Positions 54,612-64,000 of a stretch of DNA of 64,000 nucleotides are shown one piece after another. The stretch lies in contig CAYSOX010000003.1 of the NCBI GenBank assembly GCA_964432825.1, forward strand, positions 10,682 to 74,681. Reading direction: 5' to 3'. The notes under the pieces are model-generated. The model was given only the letters and a program-made list of their open reading frames with translations. It did not search any database and was not told the DNA's origin. The position numbers and the translations under genes were made by a program. The DNA is from an uncultured Lachnospiraceae bacterium (GTDB taxonomy: Bacteria; Bacillota; Clostridia; Christensenellales; UBA1242). Each line of letters opens with the position of its first letter. Within the stretch, counting starts at the first letter, position 1.

Positions 54612-55814
54612 TTACTTAACAAGTTGCTCGGTAAACTTTGCAATAACCAACTCTTCGTTTGTTGGAATAATTACAACTTTAACCTTTGAGTCTTTGCCTG
54701 TTATATCAAAATTTTCGCCTCGTGGTGCTTTATAGTTTTTATCATTGTCTATAGATATTCCAAAGAAATCCATATCAGATAAAATCATTTCACGAAGTTC
54801 AGGAGTATTTTCCCCAATACCCGCCGTGAACACAATTGCATCCACACCATTCATTGATGCCGTATACGCGCCAATATATTTTTTAACTCTATATGCATAC
54901 ATCTTTAATGCAAGTTGAACGGTTTCATTATTAATGTTTTTAGGGTCGGTCAACTCTCTCATATCTGAAACGCCATTGTTTATTCCGTGAATTCCGCTTT
55001 CTTTATTTAATTTCTTTAGCACTTCAGAAACGGTTAAGCCTTCTTTTTTGCACAAAAATTCTACCACGCTTGGGTCAATATCTCCCGACCTTGTATTCAT
55101 CATTATACCCTCTAGTGGAGTAAGTCCCATTGATGTATCGTAACTCTTGCCATTTTTAACAGCACAAATACTTGCACCACCACCCATATGGCAGGTAATA
55201 ATTTTCATATCTTCAACATTTTTGCCTAAAAACTTTGCACATTCATTTGCTACAAAATAGTGACTGGTTCCATGAGCACCATATCTTCTAATTCCATATT
55301 TTTCATAATACTTTGAATCTATTGCATATCTATAAACGAAATCTGGAAGCGTTTTATGGAAGCCAACATCAAACACAGCGACACTTGTAATAGTTGGTGC
55401 AAGTTCTAAGCATGCTTCAATACCAGCAATTCCGCCCGGCATATGAAGTGGTGAAAAATCTACATTCTCTTTAAACTCTTTTAAAACATCCTCAGTTACA
55501 ACAACAGGGTCAAAAAACTTTGGTCCAGCATTTGCAATTCTGTGTCCAAAAGCCTCAACCTCTTCTATAGACTTAATAACGCCAATATTTTCATCGGTTA
55601 TGGTTCGAATTAAAATCTTCATTGCATCTTTATGATCGCGAATTGGTTCAAAAATCTTTTCAGACTTGCCATTTGCTTTATATGAAATAAAAGATACATC
55701 ATCCCCCTCTCCAATTCTTTCTACATTACCTTTGCACAAAACCTCTTCAGTTTCAGTGTTAAGCAACTGGAATTTTAGCGAACTACTTCCAGCATTGATA
55801 ACTAAAATTTTCAT
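54612..55814 (-). CDS. ackA: Acetate kinase
   Basis: VINAGSSSLK, RRYGAHGTSH, TRSGDIDP, FTAGIGEN, PTNEE. Confidence 0.97.
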   Translation of the reverse strand: MKILVINAGSSSLKFQLLNTETEEVLCKGNVERIGEGDDVSFISYKANGKSEKIFEPIRDHKDAMKILIRTITDENIGVIKSIEEVEAFGHRIANAGPKFFDPVVVTEDVLKEFKENVDFSPLHMPGGIAGIEACLELAPTITSVAVFDVGFHKTLPDFVYRYAIDSKYYEKYGIRRYGAHGTSHYFVANECAKFLGKNVEDMKIITCHMGGGASICAVKNGKSYDTSMGLTPLEGIMMNTRSGDIDPSVVEFLCKKEGLTVSEVLKKLNKESGIHGINNGVSDMRELTDPKNINNETVQLALKMYAYRVKKYIGAYTASMNGVDAIVFTAGIGENTPELREMILSDMDFFGISIDNDKNYKAPRGENFDITGKDSKVKVVIIPTNEELVIAKFTEQLVK

Positions 55815-55853
55815 ATTTTCCTCTCCTAATAAAAATTCTATATATATTGTAAC

Positions 55854-56867
55854 CTATTTTATTTCAGTTTGCAACAATGTTATGATTGTTGTTAAATAAA
55901 TTTCTTCAGCGGTTGCCGAACGACTTAAATCATTAACCGGCTTGTTTAATCCCTGAATAATTGGACCAACTGCACGACCACCGGTAAAATGTTGTACAAG
56001 TTTGTAACCAATATTTCCTGCATTTATATCTGGGAATATTAAAACATTTGCCTTGCCACCAATTTTACTTGATGGGAATTTTCTTTTTGCTGTATTTGGC
56101 AAAATTGCACTATCTGCTTGCATTTCACCCTCAATTAATGTGTTATTATCATTTTCTTTGAAAATTTCAATTGCTTTTTTAATTTTTAATATAACTTCGT
56201 CATCCGTCTTTTTTGCATCGGTTGAATACGAAAGCATAGCAATTTTTGGCTCCATACCGCAGAGCGAAATGGCACTATCACGGCTAGCAAGGGCTATGCT
56301 TGCAAGTTCCTCTGCATTCGGATATTGGTTAACAGCACAATCGGCAAATATCATAAAACCATTTTCGCCAAGTTCTTTATCTTTTGGCATTTCCATAACA
56401 AAGCAACTAGATGCTTTTACAATATCCTTTCTTTGCTTGATTATTTGAAAGGCTGGACGCATAACATCAGCAGAATGCAACACCGCCCCAGCAACCATTC
56501 CATCTGCATCGCCAAGTTTTACCATTAATGCACCATAATAAATAGGAAGTTTTACTAGTTCTTTTGCCTGACTTTCGGTAAGTCCCTTTGCTTTTCTCAT
56601 TTCAAACAATTGCTCGGCATAAAACTCGCTTTTTGAATCTTGCACTTCACAATCTATAAAGTTAACCTTTTGCAACACTTCCTTTTTAAAGACTTCATTT
56701 ACCTTTTTTGTATTTCCTAAAACTACAACCTTGCAAGTGCCATCTTGCACCAACATTTCAACGGCTTTTGCAACCCTTTCATCTTCCCCCTCTGGAAAAA
56801 CTATAGTTTTCCCACTAAATTTACGAGCACGCTCCACCATTGAATTAAAAACATCATTTTTATCCAT
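55854..56867 (-). CDS. pta: Phosphate acetyltransferase
   Basis: VFPEGEDER, FADCAVN, GEMQAD, GNIGYK, PVNDLSR; ATG 56867 after GGAG. Confidence 0.96.
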   Translation of the reverse strand: MDKNDVFNSMVERARKFSGKTIVFPEGEDERVAKAVEMLVQDGTCKVVVLGNTKKVNEVFKKEVLQKVNFIDCEVQDSKSEFYAEQLFEMRKAKGLTESQAKELVKLPIYYGALMVKLGDADGMVAGAVLHSADVMRPAFQIIKQRKDIVKASSCFVMEMPKDKELGENGFMIFADCAVNQYPNAEELASIALASRDSAISLCGMEPKIAMLSYSTDAKKTDDEVILKIKKAIEIFKENDNNTLIEGEMQADSAILPNTAKRKFPSSKIGGKANVLIFPDINAGNIGYKLVQHFTGGRAVGPIIQGLNKPVNDLSRSATAEEIYLTTIITLLQTEIK

Positions 56868-56964
56868 TAAGACTTTCTCCACTTGATTTATTTTATATTT
56901 TTGATATAATAATGTTATTATAATCAAATTGACACAATTAATCAAATAAAAGTGAGGCAATTTT

Positions 56965-58080
56965 ATGAAATTTACTTGCATTATTGCGGAATTTAACCCT
57001 CTAACTCTAGGCCATATCAAAATTATTGAAGAAGCAAAAAAACAAACTCAAAACCCAATAATTTGCATTATGAGTGGAAACTTTGTACAAAGAGGAGAAC
57101 CTGCAATTACCGATAAATACACTCGTGCAAAAATATCAATTGAAAATGGCGTGGATGTTGTAATTGAACTTCCAACAATTTACACACTTTCTAGTGCCAA
57201 AGATTTTGCCTTTGGCGCAATAAAAACACTAAATTCACTAAATTGTGTTGAATATTTAATGTTTGGAAGCGAGTCGGGTTCTATCGACGAACTAAACAAA
57301 CTAAGAGCAGATATCAACACCTCAAAAACATCTTTAAAAATTAAAGAAAATTTAAAAAATGGACTTTCGTACTCTTTGGCTGTAAGCAACGCATTAAATA
57401 AACCCCTAAAGTCAAACGACATTTTGGCGATTGAATATTTAAACGCTCTAGACGAAACAAATTCCAAAATAAAACCCCTCACCATTTTAAGAGAAGATAA
57501 TTTTAATGATTTCAGCATTAATAAAGATTGTAGTGCATCTGCAATTCGAAACGAATTAAAAAACAACAACTTAAATTTCATCAAATCAACTTTTCCTCAC
57601 CTAAATAAAATTGAAAATAAAAGCATTACCAATTATGCACTTTTTGAAAAATTGGTAGAATATAAAATTAAAACTACCCCTCTAAGCATCCTTACAAACA
57701 TCAACGGCACAAATGAAGGAATTGAAAATTTTATTCAAAAAAGTTATTTCGACAATCAGACTAAAATCCAAACAAAACGCTACCCTGCAACAAAAATTAA
57801 TCGTATTTTGTGTAATGCCTTATTAGAAATTGAAAAATCATTATTGAGCGAAGCAAAAATTAACGACTCAACTTATTTTAAAGTTTTGGCAATAAATAAT
57901 TCAAAAAAACATTTGCTTTCATTTTTTCCAAATTCAAAACTTGTAGCATCTAAAAAAGACCTAGAAAAATTAAACGACTTGCAAACTAAAATCATCGAAA
58001 AAGATATTTTAGCATCCAAAATATTTTCTTGCATAAATGATGATTTTAATGGAATGGAAGATTTTACCATGAAGATATAG
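56965..58080 (+). CDS. tmcAL: tRNA(Met) cytidine acetate ligase TmcAL (YlbM family)
   Basis: AEFNP..GH, MSGNFVQRGEPA, FGSE, SNDILAIEY, SASAIR. Confidence 0.9.
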   Translation: MKFTCIIAEFNPLTLGHIKIIEEAKKQTQNPIICIMSGNFVQRGEPAITDKYTRAKISIENGVDVVIELPTIYTLSSAKDFAFGAIKTLNSLNCVEYLMFGSESGSIDELNKLRADINTSKTSLKIKENLKNGLSYSLAVSNALNKPLKSNDILAIEYLNALDETNSKIKPLTILREDNFNDFSINKDCSASAIRNELKNNNLNFIKSTFPHLNKIENKSITNYALFEKLVEYKIKTTPLSILTNINGTNEGIENFIQKSYFDNQTKIQTKRYPATKINRILCNALLEIEKSLLSEAKINDSTYFKVLAINNSKKHLLSFFPNSKLVASKKDLEKLNDLQTKIIEKDILASKIFSCINDDFNGMEDFTMKI

Positions 58081-58167
58081 AATTTTTTAAGTTGAACATT
58101 TTCAAAAAATCACCCCAGACACAGCAAAACACATTTTTATGTTAAACACTTAATTTTAACAAAAAAA

Positions 58168-58236
58168 GAAAACCTAATTTATCAATTTTTAAAGTTACAT
58201 TAGTATCTTTAATCATCCTTGATAACTTAGGTTTTT
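58168..58236. terminator. Long imperfect inverted repeat between convergent genes
   Basis: AAAACCTAATTTATCAA...TTGATAACTTAGGTTTT. Confidence 0.45.
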
Positions 58237-58260
58237 ATTTAAATATTTTTTTTGTTAGTT

Positions 58261-59016
58261 TTACGACTTGCTCAAAATTAACTCTTCGGAATTTTGTTTA
58301 TGTAATTTTTTCCATCTTAAATATTTAATCACATCACACGCAACATACATCAAAAACAAAAGTGAAATTGTTAAACTATTCATATAAAAATCACTCTCTA
58401 TTGAAAAATACAAATAAGCAACAAAGGACACCACACATGCGAGCATTCTTGCAAACCAATATTCTTTATATTGACCATTACTTAAAAATACCGCAAGTGA
58501 TAAAAGCGCCACGCAAATTGCATCTAAAATAAAATATTTTTCACCCAAACAATAAAGTACAAGCCCCATACAAACTGCAAACAAAAGAACCGAAAGAATA
58601 GAACCCAAAAGTCCAACGTTTGTTAATTTTTTATTTTTTTGCATACTCAAATTTTCGACTTTTTTGCTCTCAAAAAAATATATAAGTTGTGTTGGTAAAT
58701 AGAAGCAAATATGCAAAAAAGCCATACCATAAATTTTAAGCGATATCGAAATTAGGGCAAAAATGGTACATACAACAAACGAAACCATACAGGCGAACAA
58801 TTTGTTAGCCTCGGTAAAGAAGTTCCACATGACCCCAAAAATTATTAAGGCAAGACCCCAAAAATTTGACAAATTAAAGCAAGTTAAAACCACTCCGACA
58901 ATCAAACCTATCACCGCAATAATCACTTCGGGCAAACGAAATGTTAACTGTCTTTTAGTTTCAACTATCTCTGAACCTAAGGTTTGAGAAACCTCATTCG
59001 TTATATTTTGTTCCAT
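58261..59016 (-). CDS. PnuC-family vitamin/nucleoside transporter (divergent)
   Basis: About 7-8 TM helices; IYG...FYLPTQ, LDA, YKEYW and C-terminal Y..WKK pattern; ATG 59016 after AGGGG. Confidence 0.7.
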   Translation of the reverse strand: MEQNITNEVSQTLGSEIVETKRQLTFRLPEVIIAVIGLIVGVVLTCFNLSNFWGLALIIFGVMWNFFTEANKLFACMVSFVVCTIFALISISLKIYGMAFLHICFYLPTQLIYFFESKKVENLSMQKNKKLTNVGLLGSILSVLLFAVCMGLVLYCLGEKYFILDAICVALLSLAVFLSNGQYKEYWFARMLACVVSFVAYLYFSIESDFYMNSLTISLLFLMYVACDVIKYLRWKKLHKQNSEELILSKS

Positions 59017-59017
59017 T

Positions 59018-59827
59018 TTATTCACCCCTAAATTTGTTTATTTTTGCATTAATTTCTGCAAGTTTTGACACAGTTAAATCATAACCTGTTTTTATACTTT
59101 CTGCAACATTTGTAACTTTTGTGGTGCTAACGTGTGGTTGCGAAATTGATATCAAAACATCGGCTCTTTTTATTTCTGGCAAACTAACTTGATAGTCCAT
59201 TATTTGAAAAATTCTTGTAAGCGTATCAATATATTTAAAGTCATCCATCTCTTGAGGAATTGTTACACCAATACAGTCAACCCCAATTACAATATCTGCA
59301 CCCATTTCCCTTGCAAGGTCAACTGGAACCCTACACAAAATTCCGCCATCGGTTAAATTTTTTTCACCAATTTTTACCGACTGAAATACGCCATTGATTG
59401 AAAAACTTGCACGAACGGATTTTATTAAATCACCCTCTGTAAGATAAACTGTTTTTGCTTCCTCTAAATCGGCTGCAACACAACCAAAAGGAATTTTACA
59501 ATCGGAAAATGTATAATTCTTTGTTTTATCACTTAAAAGACTTCGAATAGTCTTTTCCGCCTTGTCGCCTTTTATAAAGCCATAATTATCCGGAACCTTT
59601 ATATCCAGCAATTTGATTGTTGAAAGCTTTAGGGCTTTTTCTTCAATTTTTTGCATATCCAAACCCAATGCATAACACATTCCAACAATCGCACCCATAG
59701 ATGACCCCACTACAATATCTGGGATTATATTCGCTTCGGTTAATGCTTTTATTACTCCTATATGTGCAAAACCTTTATTTCCGCCCGAACCCAAGGCAAT
59801 TGCAATTTTAGGTTTTTTGTTATTCAT
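59018..59827 (-). CDS. Patatin-like phospholipase (YlbK/RssA-like)
   Basis: LGSGG.KG.AHIGV, GSSMG, DGG. Confidence 0.92.
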   Translation of the reverse strand: MNNKKPKIAIALGSGGNKGFAHIGVIKALTEANIIPDIVVGSSMGAIVGMCYALGLDMQKIEEKALKLSTIKLLDIKVPDNYGFIKGDKAEKTIRSLLSDKTKNYTFSDCKIPFGCVAADLEEAKTVYLTEGDLIKSVRASFSINGVFQSVKIGEKNLTDGGILCRVPVDLAREMGADIVIGVDCIGVTIPQEMDDFKYIDTLTRIFQIMDYQVSLPEIKRADVLISISQPHVSTTKVTNVAESIKTGYDLTVSKLAEINAKINKFRGE

Positions 59828-59851
59828 AAATCACCACTCCTTTCATACAAT
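59824..59851 (+). promoter_or_regulatory. sigmaE-like promoter of ylbJ
   Basis: TCATAAA-N13-CATACAAT. Confidence 0.65.
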
Positions 59852-59856
59852 TAACT

Positions 59857-60897
59857 ATGAATAATTATATAAATAATATATCACTAAAAAAATCATTTAA
59901 CAAGCAAATTACAGCGAAATTTCCAAACTTAATTGAAAATTTTGTAGGAATTATTTTGCTTTTGTTTGTAATTCTTTTAATCATAAACCCCACTCGATAC
60001 ACAAAAAGCATTCTTGCCGGCAGTAATCTTTTTTATCTATCCGTTATGCCCTCACTTTTACCCTTTTTCTTTATAAGCAAAATTCTTTTTTCATTTAAAA
60101 TAACCCACAAACTGATAAAAGCCATACAAAAGCCTTTTACAAAAATTTTTAAACTTCCCGCAATTTCAAGTTATGTATTTTTTATGAGTATCTTATGTGG
60201 CTATCCCGTAGGTGCAAAACTTATAGGCGAATTATATAAGTCTAATCAAATAAGCGAAAGTGATGCAAAGAAAATTTTAACGATTGCCTCCACTAGTGGT
60301 CCCATATTTATAATTGGTTCGGTTGGTGCAGGACTATTTGGAAACCCTAAACTTGGAGTTTATATCTTTCTTTCGCACTTATTATCCGCGATTGTTAGCG
60401 GTTTTATTTTGACTAGAAAATTTGAAGAACCCGCCACCGGCAATAACTTTGACCTACAAATTTCCAAAAGTCAAAACATATTAAGCGAAACCGTTTACTC
60501 CACCATTATTTCAATTTTTACAGTTGCCGTTTATATAGCGGTTTTTTATATGTTTATTGATATGCTTTACGACCTAAAAGTTCTAAAAGGATTATCTAGT
60601 GCTTTTGGAAAAATCTTTAGTCTTTTGCACCTTCCAGCAAGCATTTCTAATGGTTTTGCAAGCGGAATTGTGGAAATGACCAGAGGCTTATTTGAAATTA
60701 AAAATGTAGAAAATTTAAAAATCAAATTAATAATGTCTAGTGGATTAATTTCTTTTGGTGGACTTTCGGTATTTATTCAGTCTATGACCTTTTTAAACGG
60801 AACAAAAATAAACGCACTTTATCTATTAAAAATAAAATGCGTTCAAACTTTAATCACCATTATAATATCAACTATTATTGCAACTATTGTTTATTGA
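59857..60897 (+). CDS. ylbJ: Sporulation membrane protein YlbJ (SpoVV-like, nucleoside gate domain)
   Basis: PSLLPFF, GYPVGAK, GPIFIIGSVG, EMTRG, FGGLSV.IQ. Confidence 0.9.
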   Translation: MNNYINNISLKKSFNKQITAKFPNLIENFVGIILLLFVILLIINPTRYTKSILAGSNLFYLSVMPSLLPFFFISKILFSFKITHKLIKAIQKPFTKIFKLPAISSYVFFMSILCGYPVGAKLIGELYKSNQISESDAKKILTIASTSGPIFIIGSVGAGLFGNPKLGVYIFLSHLLSAIVSGFILTRKFEEPATGNNFDLQISKSQNILSETVYSTIISIFTVAVYIAVFYMFIDMLYDLKVLKGLSSAFGKIFSLLHLPASISNGFASGIVEMTRGLFEIKNVENLKIKLIMSSGLISFGGLSVFIQSMTFLNGTKINALYLLKIKCVQTLITIIISTIIATIVY

Positions 60898-60898
60898 T

Positions 60899-61444
60899 TT
60901 ACAACTTTTGTAAAATCAATATTCGGGTTATGCCATACACCCGCTCTTTGTATACCGAAAATTCCTTTTCGTTAAATTGAAAATTTGCATCTTTATTCAT
61001 TTCAAGAACCACAATTCCTCCACAAGTAATCAAATCATATCTTGAAAGAATTTCAACACTTGGTGCATAATACCCAGATTCATACGGCGGGTCTATAAAA
61101 ACAATGTCAAATTGCTTTCCGCTTCCGCGAAGTTTTCGCAAGCCCTCTAGATAATCCATATTTAATAGGCTATAAATTGACCCATCTATACCCTTAAGGT
61201 TTTTATTTATACATTCAACCGCCTTTTTATCCCGTTCCACAAATTGCACAAATTTTGCTCCACGGCTTATACATTCAATTCCCAAAGCACCACTTCCGGC
61301 AAATAAATCCAAACAAATTATATCCGGCTTCACAAACTCCTGTATCAAACTAAAGGTCGAAATTTTAATTCTTTGAAGTGTTGGTCTTGCACTATCTGGA
61401 CTGATAAGTTTTCTTCCTCTATATTTTCCACTAATAACTTGCAT
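60899..61444 (-). CDS. rsmD: 16S rRNA m2G966 methyltransferase RsmD
   Basis: ISGKYRGR.L, RPT, DLFAGSGALG.E..SRGA, DPPY; ATG 61444 after AAGGAG. Confidence 0.95.
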   Translation of the reverse strand: MQVISGKYRGRKLISPDSARPTLQRIKISTFSLIQEFVKPDIICLDLFAGSGALGIECISRGAKFVQFVERDKKAVECINKNLKGIDGSIYSLLNMDYLEGLRKLRGSGKQFDIVFIDPPYESGYYAPSVEILSRYDLITCGGIVVLEMNKDANFQFNEKEFSVYKERVYGITRILILQKL

Positions 61445-61499
61445 TATTTTTCTCCTTATATAAAAACTATTGTACACTAAAAAGTTGAAATTTTCAATA

Positions 61500-61670
61500 A
61501 AAAATAAAGGATGCCTAAAACTTTTAGACATCCAATTTTTTCTTCTGTATTATAGCGGTTCTTCTTTTGTTTTTTGTCTACACTCGAAAGTTTTGACTTC
61601 CTTTTGTAACTTAAAAATTTATCTTTTGTGCACTAAATTTGTGTAAATCAAATTATTATCTTTAGTATAT
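61500..61670 (-). ncRNA. Candidate about 165-nt sRNA
   Basis: Bounded by TTGCAA-N17-TATAAT (61675-61703) and terminator GGATGTCTAAAA/TTTTAGGCATCC (61509-61533); no ORF; rsmD has a separate promoter downstream. Confidence 0.4.
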
Positions 61671-61728
61671 CTGTATTATATTATAGTTTTAAAATATTTG
61701 CAAGCAATTTTAAAAACTTCTTATTTTT

Positions 61729-63189
61729 CTACAATAATATACAAATTATGCCACCCTTTCCCTCATTGGTAATTTTGCTAAGAGTTCTACGCATTTTAAT
61801 TTGTGCCTCTTCAGGGAAAGTTTGAACCTTGGTAACAATTCCATCCAACGCAAGTTCAGATAGCGACTTTCCAAACATATTAGTATTCCAAATTGCAAGT
61901 TTTGTTTCGTCCGTTACCTCACCATCCACCGCTAGCGGTTCTGAAAATCCAACACCACCAACAGCAGGAGTAACCTCTGTTTCCACATCAACCTTCATTA
62001 TATGCAAACTGCTTGCATGCGCCTTTAATTTCACCCCCGAATTTCCGGCACGCTTCACAATTTCAGGTTCATCAAGTTTTAATTCATCCGCAGTTGGCAA
62101 AACCACGCCATAGCCCGTTTCTTCAACACTTTGTAATGCATTTGCTAGTTTTTCATACTTCACCTTTGCAACTGATGAATCTTCAACAAAACTCATCAAA
62201 TCATAGTCGTTTCCAATTTCCACTCCAGTAATTTCGCTAATTGTTTTATAAAACAACGAATTTGAAACATCTATTGCAAAATTTAAGTCGCCATTGGATA
62301 AATTTATATTCTGCACTTTAACCTTTTCTATTTCCGCATCTTCTGCAAACATTTCTTCCGACTTTTTAAAATCAGACATCTTTGTAAAATCGGTTTTCTT
62401 AATAACCTCCAAAATGCGATTGATTATTTGATTAGTTTCAGGCAAACTCCTCATCCACTCGGGCAGTGCAAAATTGGTATTTTTGACAGGAAATTCATAT
62501 AAAACACTTTTTAAAACTTCTTCAAAATCAACCTTGGTCATATTTTGTACATTTTTCAAAATTACCATTGTGCCATATTTTTCTTCCAATTCTTTGGCTA
62601 GATTTTTAGTCTCTTCTTTTTCTGGATTTGCCGAATTTAAAACAATAACAAAAGGCTTATTTAGTTGTTTTAATTCACCCACAACTCGCTCTTCCGCTTC
62701 AATGTAATTTTCTCTTTCTATATCCGCAACACTTCCATCCGTCGTAACCAAAACCCCAATCGTGCTATGTTCGGTAATAACTTTATTTGTTCCAATCTCC
62801 GACGCTTTAGCAAACGGAATAGGCTCGGCACTCCACGGGGTTTGAACAAGCCTTGGGGTGTCACCATCACTATGCCCCACAGCCCCCTTAACCAAATATC
62901 CAACACAATCGACAAGCCTAACTCTTGCTTTTGCATTTTCCCCAAAACTCAACTCCACCGCATCGCTTGGAACGAACCTTGGTTGCATCGTCATAATTAG
63001 TTTTCCGCTTCCCGACTGAGGCATTTCATCCGTCGCTCTAATTTTTACATTTTGGTCTTTGATATTAGGCAATACTAAAGCATCCATAAACTTTGATATA
63101 AATGTAGACTTGCCCGTTCTAACTGGACCCACTACACCAATATATATATCACCGCCCGTTCTTTCGGTTATTGATTGATAAATATCCAT
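61729..63189 (-). CDS. spoIVA: Stage IV sporulation ATPase SpoIVA
   Basis: RTGGDIYIGVVGPVRTGKSTFI, DCVGY, TTDGS, C-terminal GGIICILL. Confidence 0.98.
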   Translation of the reverse strand: MDIYQSITERTGGDIYIGVVGPVRTGKSTFISKFMDALVLPNIKDQNVKIRATDEMPQSGSGKLIMTMQPRFVPSDAVELSFGENAKARVRLVDCVGYLVKGAVGHSDGDTPRLVQTPWSAEPIPFAKASEIGTNKVITEHSTIGVLVTTDGSVADIERENYIEAEERVVGELKQLNKPFVIVLNSANPEKEETKNLAKELEEKYGTMVILKNVQNMTKVDFEEVLKSVLYEFPVKNTNFALPEWMRSLPETNQIINRILEVIKKTDFTKMSDFKKSEEMFAEDAEIEKVKVQNINLSNGDLNFAIDVSNSLFYKTISEITGVEIGNDYDLMSFVEDSSVAKVKYEKLANALQSVEETGYGVVLPTADELKLDEPEIVKRAGNSGVKLKAHASSLHIMKVDVETEVTPAVGGVGFSEPLAVDGEVTDETKLAIWNTNMFGKSLSELALDGIVTKVQTFPEEAQIKMRRTLSKITNEGKGGIICILL

Positions 63190-63218
63190 ACAAACTCTCC
63201 TTAACTGGTTTATACTTA

Positions 63219-63247
63219 AATTTATTCAAAATAATAACCCTTTATGC
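63219..63247 (-). promoter_or_regulatory. sigmaE-like promoter of spoIVA
   Basis: GCATAAA-N14-AATAAATT. Confidence 0.55.
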
Positions 63248-63272
63248 AAAAAAAGTAGTAGATATTTTTCTA

Positions 63273-63920
63273 CTACTTTGTCTTTTTATATTTTTTCTTT
63301 ACCGATTTAATCAAATCAACTTTACTCTCTTTTCCGACCAAAAGTCTTTCAATATTTTTTCGGTGTGCGAACCATGTAAGTAAAAATATCGCATATAAAA
63401 GCAGACACACCACAATACTTTCATTTTCTGGAAGGGTTGATTTTGCATTGATACCCTCAATAACCGTCAAAACCGTGACACATATAAAAGACGACATTGA
63501 CCCGTATTGAAATAATAGCCACGCAATTCCAGCAACCACAACAACAATCGCAGTGGCAAGCGGATTTGTTGCAAAAAACACACCTATCATTGTAGCAATA
63601 CCCTTTCCACCTTTAAACTTATACACGCAAGGATAAATATGCCCAATAATAACACTTATTCCCGCAATATAAGTTAAAATAGGTTCGCCAAATACAAGCC
63701 TTGTTACAAGAACCGGAATAAAACCTTTTGAAATATCAAGTATAAAATTTATAAGCCCAATTTTAAACCCAAAATTTCGAAGAACATTGGTTGTGCCCGG
63801 ATTTCCGCTACCGAGTTTTGTAATGTCGCTATTAAGTTTTCCACTTATAATTCTTGCAAAACTAATGTTTCCCATTGCATACGAAATTAATGCAATAACA
63901 ATAATTTGCCACCAAACCAT
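63273..63920 (-). CDS. plsY: Glycerol-3-phosphate acyltransferase PlsY
   Basis: GSGNPGTTN, GHIYP...FKGGKGIAT, HRKNIERL. Confidence 0.96.
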   Translation of the reverse strand: MVWWQIIVIALISYAMGNISFARIISGKLNSDITKLGSGNPGTTNVLRNFGFKIGLINFILDISKGFIPVLVTRLVFGEPILTYIAGISVIIGHIYPCVYKFKGGKGIATMIGVFFATNPLATAIVVVVAGIAWLLFQYGSMSSFICVTVLTVIEGINAKSTLPENESIVVCLLLYAIFLLTWFAHRKNIERLLVGKESKVDLIKSVKKKYKKTK

Positions 63921-63937
63921 AATATTTTCTCCTAAAA

Positions 63938-64000
63938 CTATCTAATATCCGCATTATCCATTTTATTTTTAACAACAATTTCAATCGGCGTACCCGTAAA
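63938..64000 (-). CDS. der: 3' end of ribosome biogenesis GTPase Der/EngA (partial)
   Basis: FTGTPIEIVVKNKMDNADIR*; the F.GTPI motif and position upstream of plsY fit Der. Confidence 0.75.
   Translation of the reverse strand, partial: FTGTPIEIVVKNKMDNADIR

Overview
Low-GC (roughly 30%) core-chromosome segment of a genome-reduced, endospore-forming clostridial Firmicute (exact lineage not determinable from this window). Almost all genes lie on the minus strand. Content, in transcription order from the right: der (3' end)-plsY-spoIVA; rsmD; ylbJ/patatin/PnuC-like; tmcAL; pta-ackA; rpmF-plsX-rnc-smc; ftsY; yqgF; rpsB-tsf-frr-uppS-cdsA-rseP-'polC'; rimP-nusA-infB-rbfA-nrnA-truB; efp; spoIIIAA-AH; asp23-nusB-xseAB; spoIVB-'spo0A'; pcrA-ligA; gatCAB; yicC-rpoZ-priA-def-fmt-rlmN-rpe; argS-queH. 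I see no rRNA, tRNA, transposase, phage gene or convincing CRISPR. Most notable: (1) the gene at the polC locus has only the N-terminal, OB-fold and 3'-5' exonuclease domains, plus a beta-clamp-type motif (QSDLF), suggesting a PolC-derived stand-alone proofreader; (2) the gene at the spo0A locus has only a diverged DNA-binding domain with no receiver domain, yet has 0A boxes upstream; (3) many cofactor, nucleotide and isoprenoid genes are cleanly missing from their usual conserved positions while sporulation genes are kept; (4) a family of structured intergenic repeats flanks ftsY and recurs near rpmF; there are also a 68-bp tandem array, a candidate promoter/terminator-bounded sRNA and a frameshifted small gene. 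All calls are from motif recognition by eye; no searches were run.
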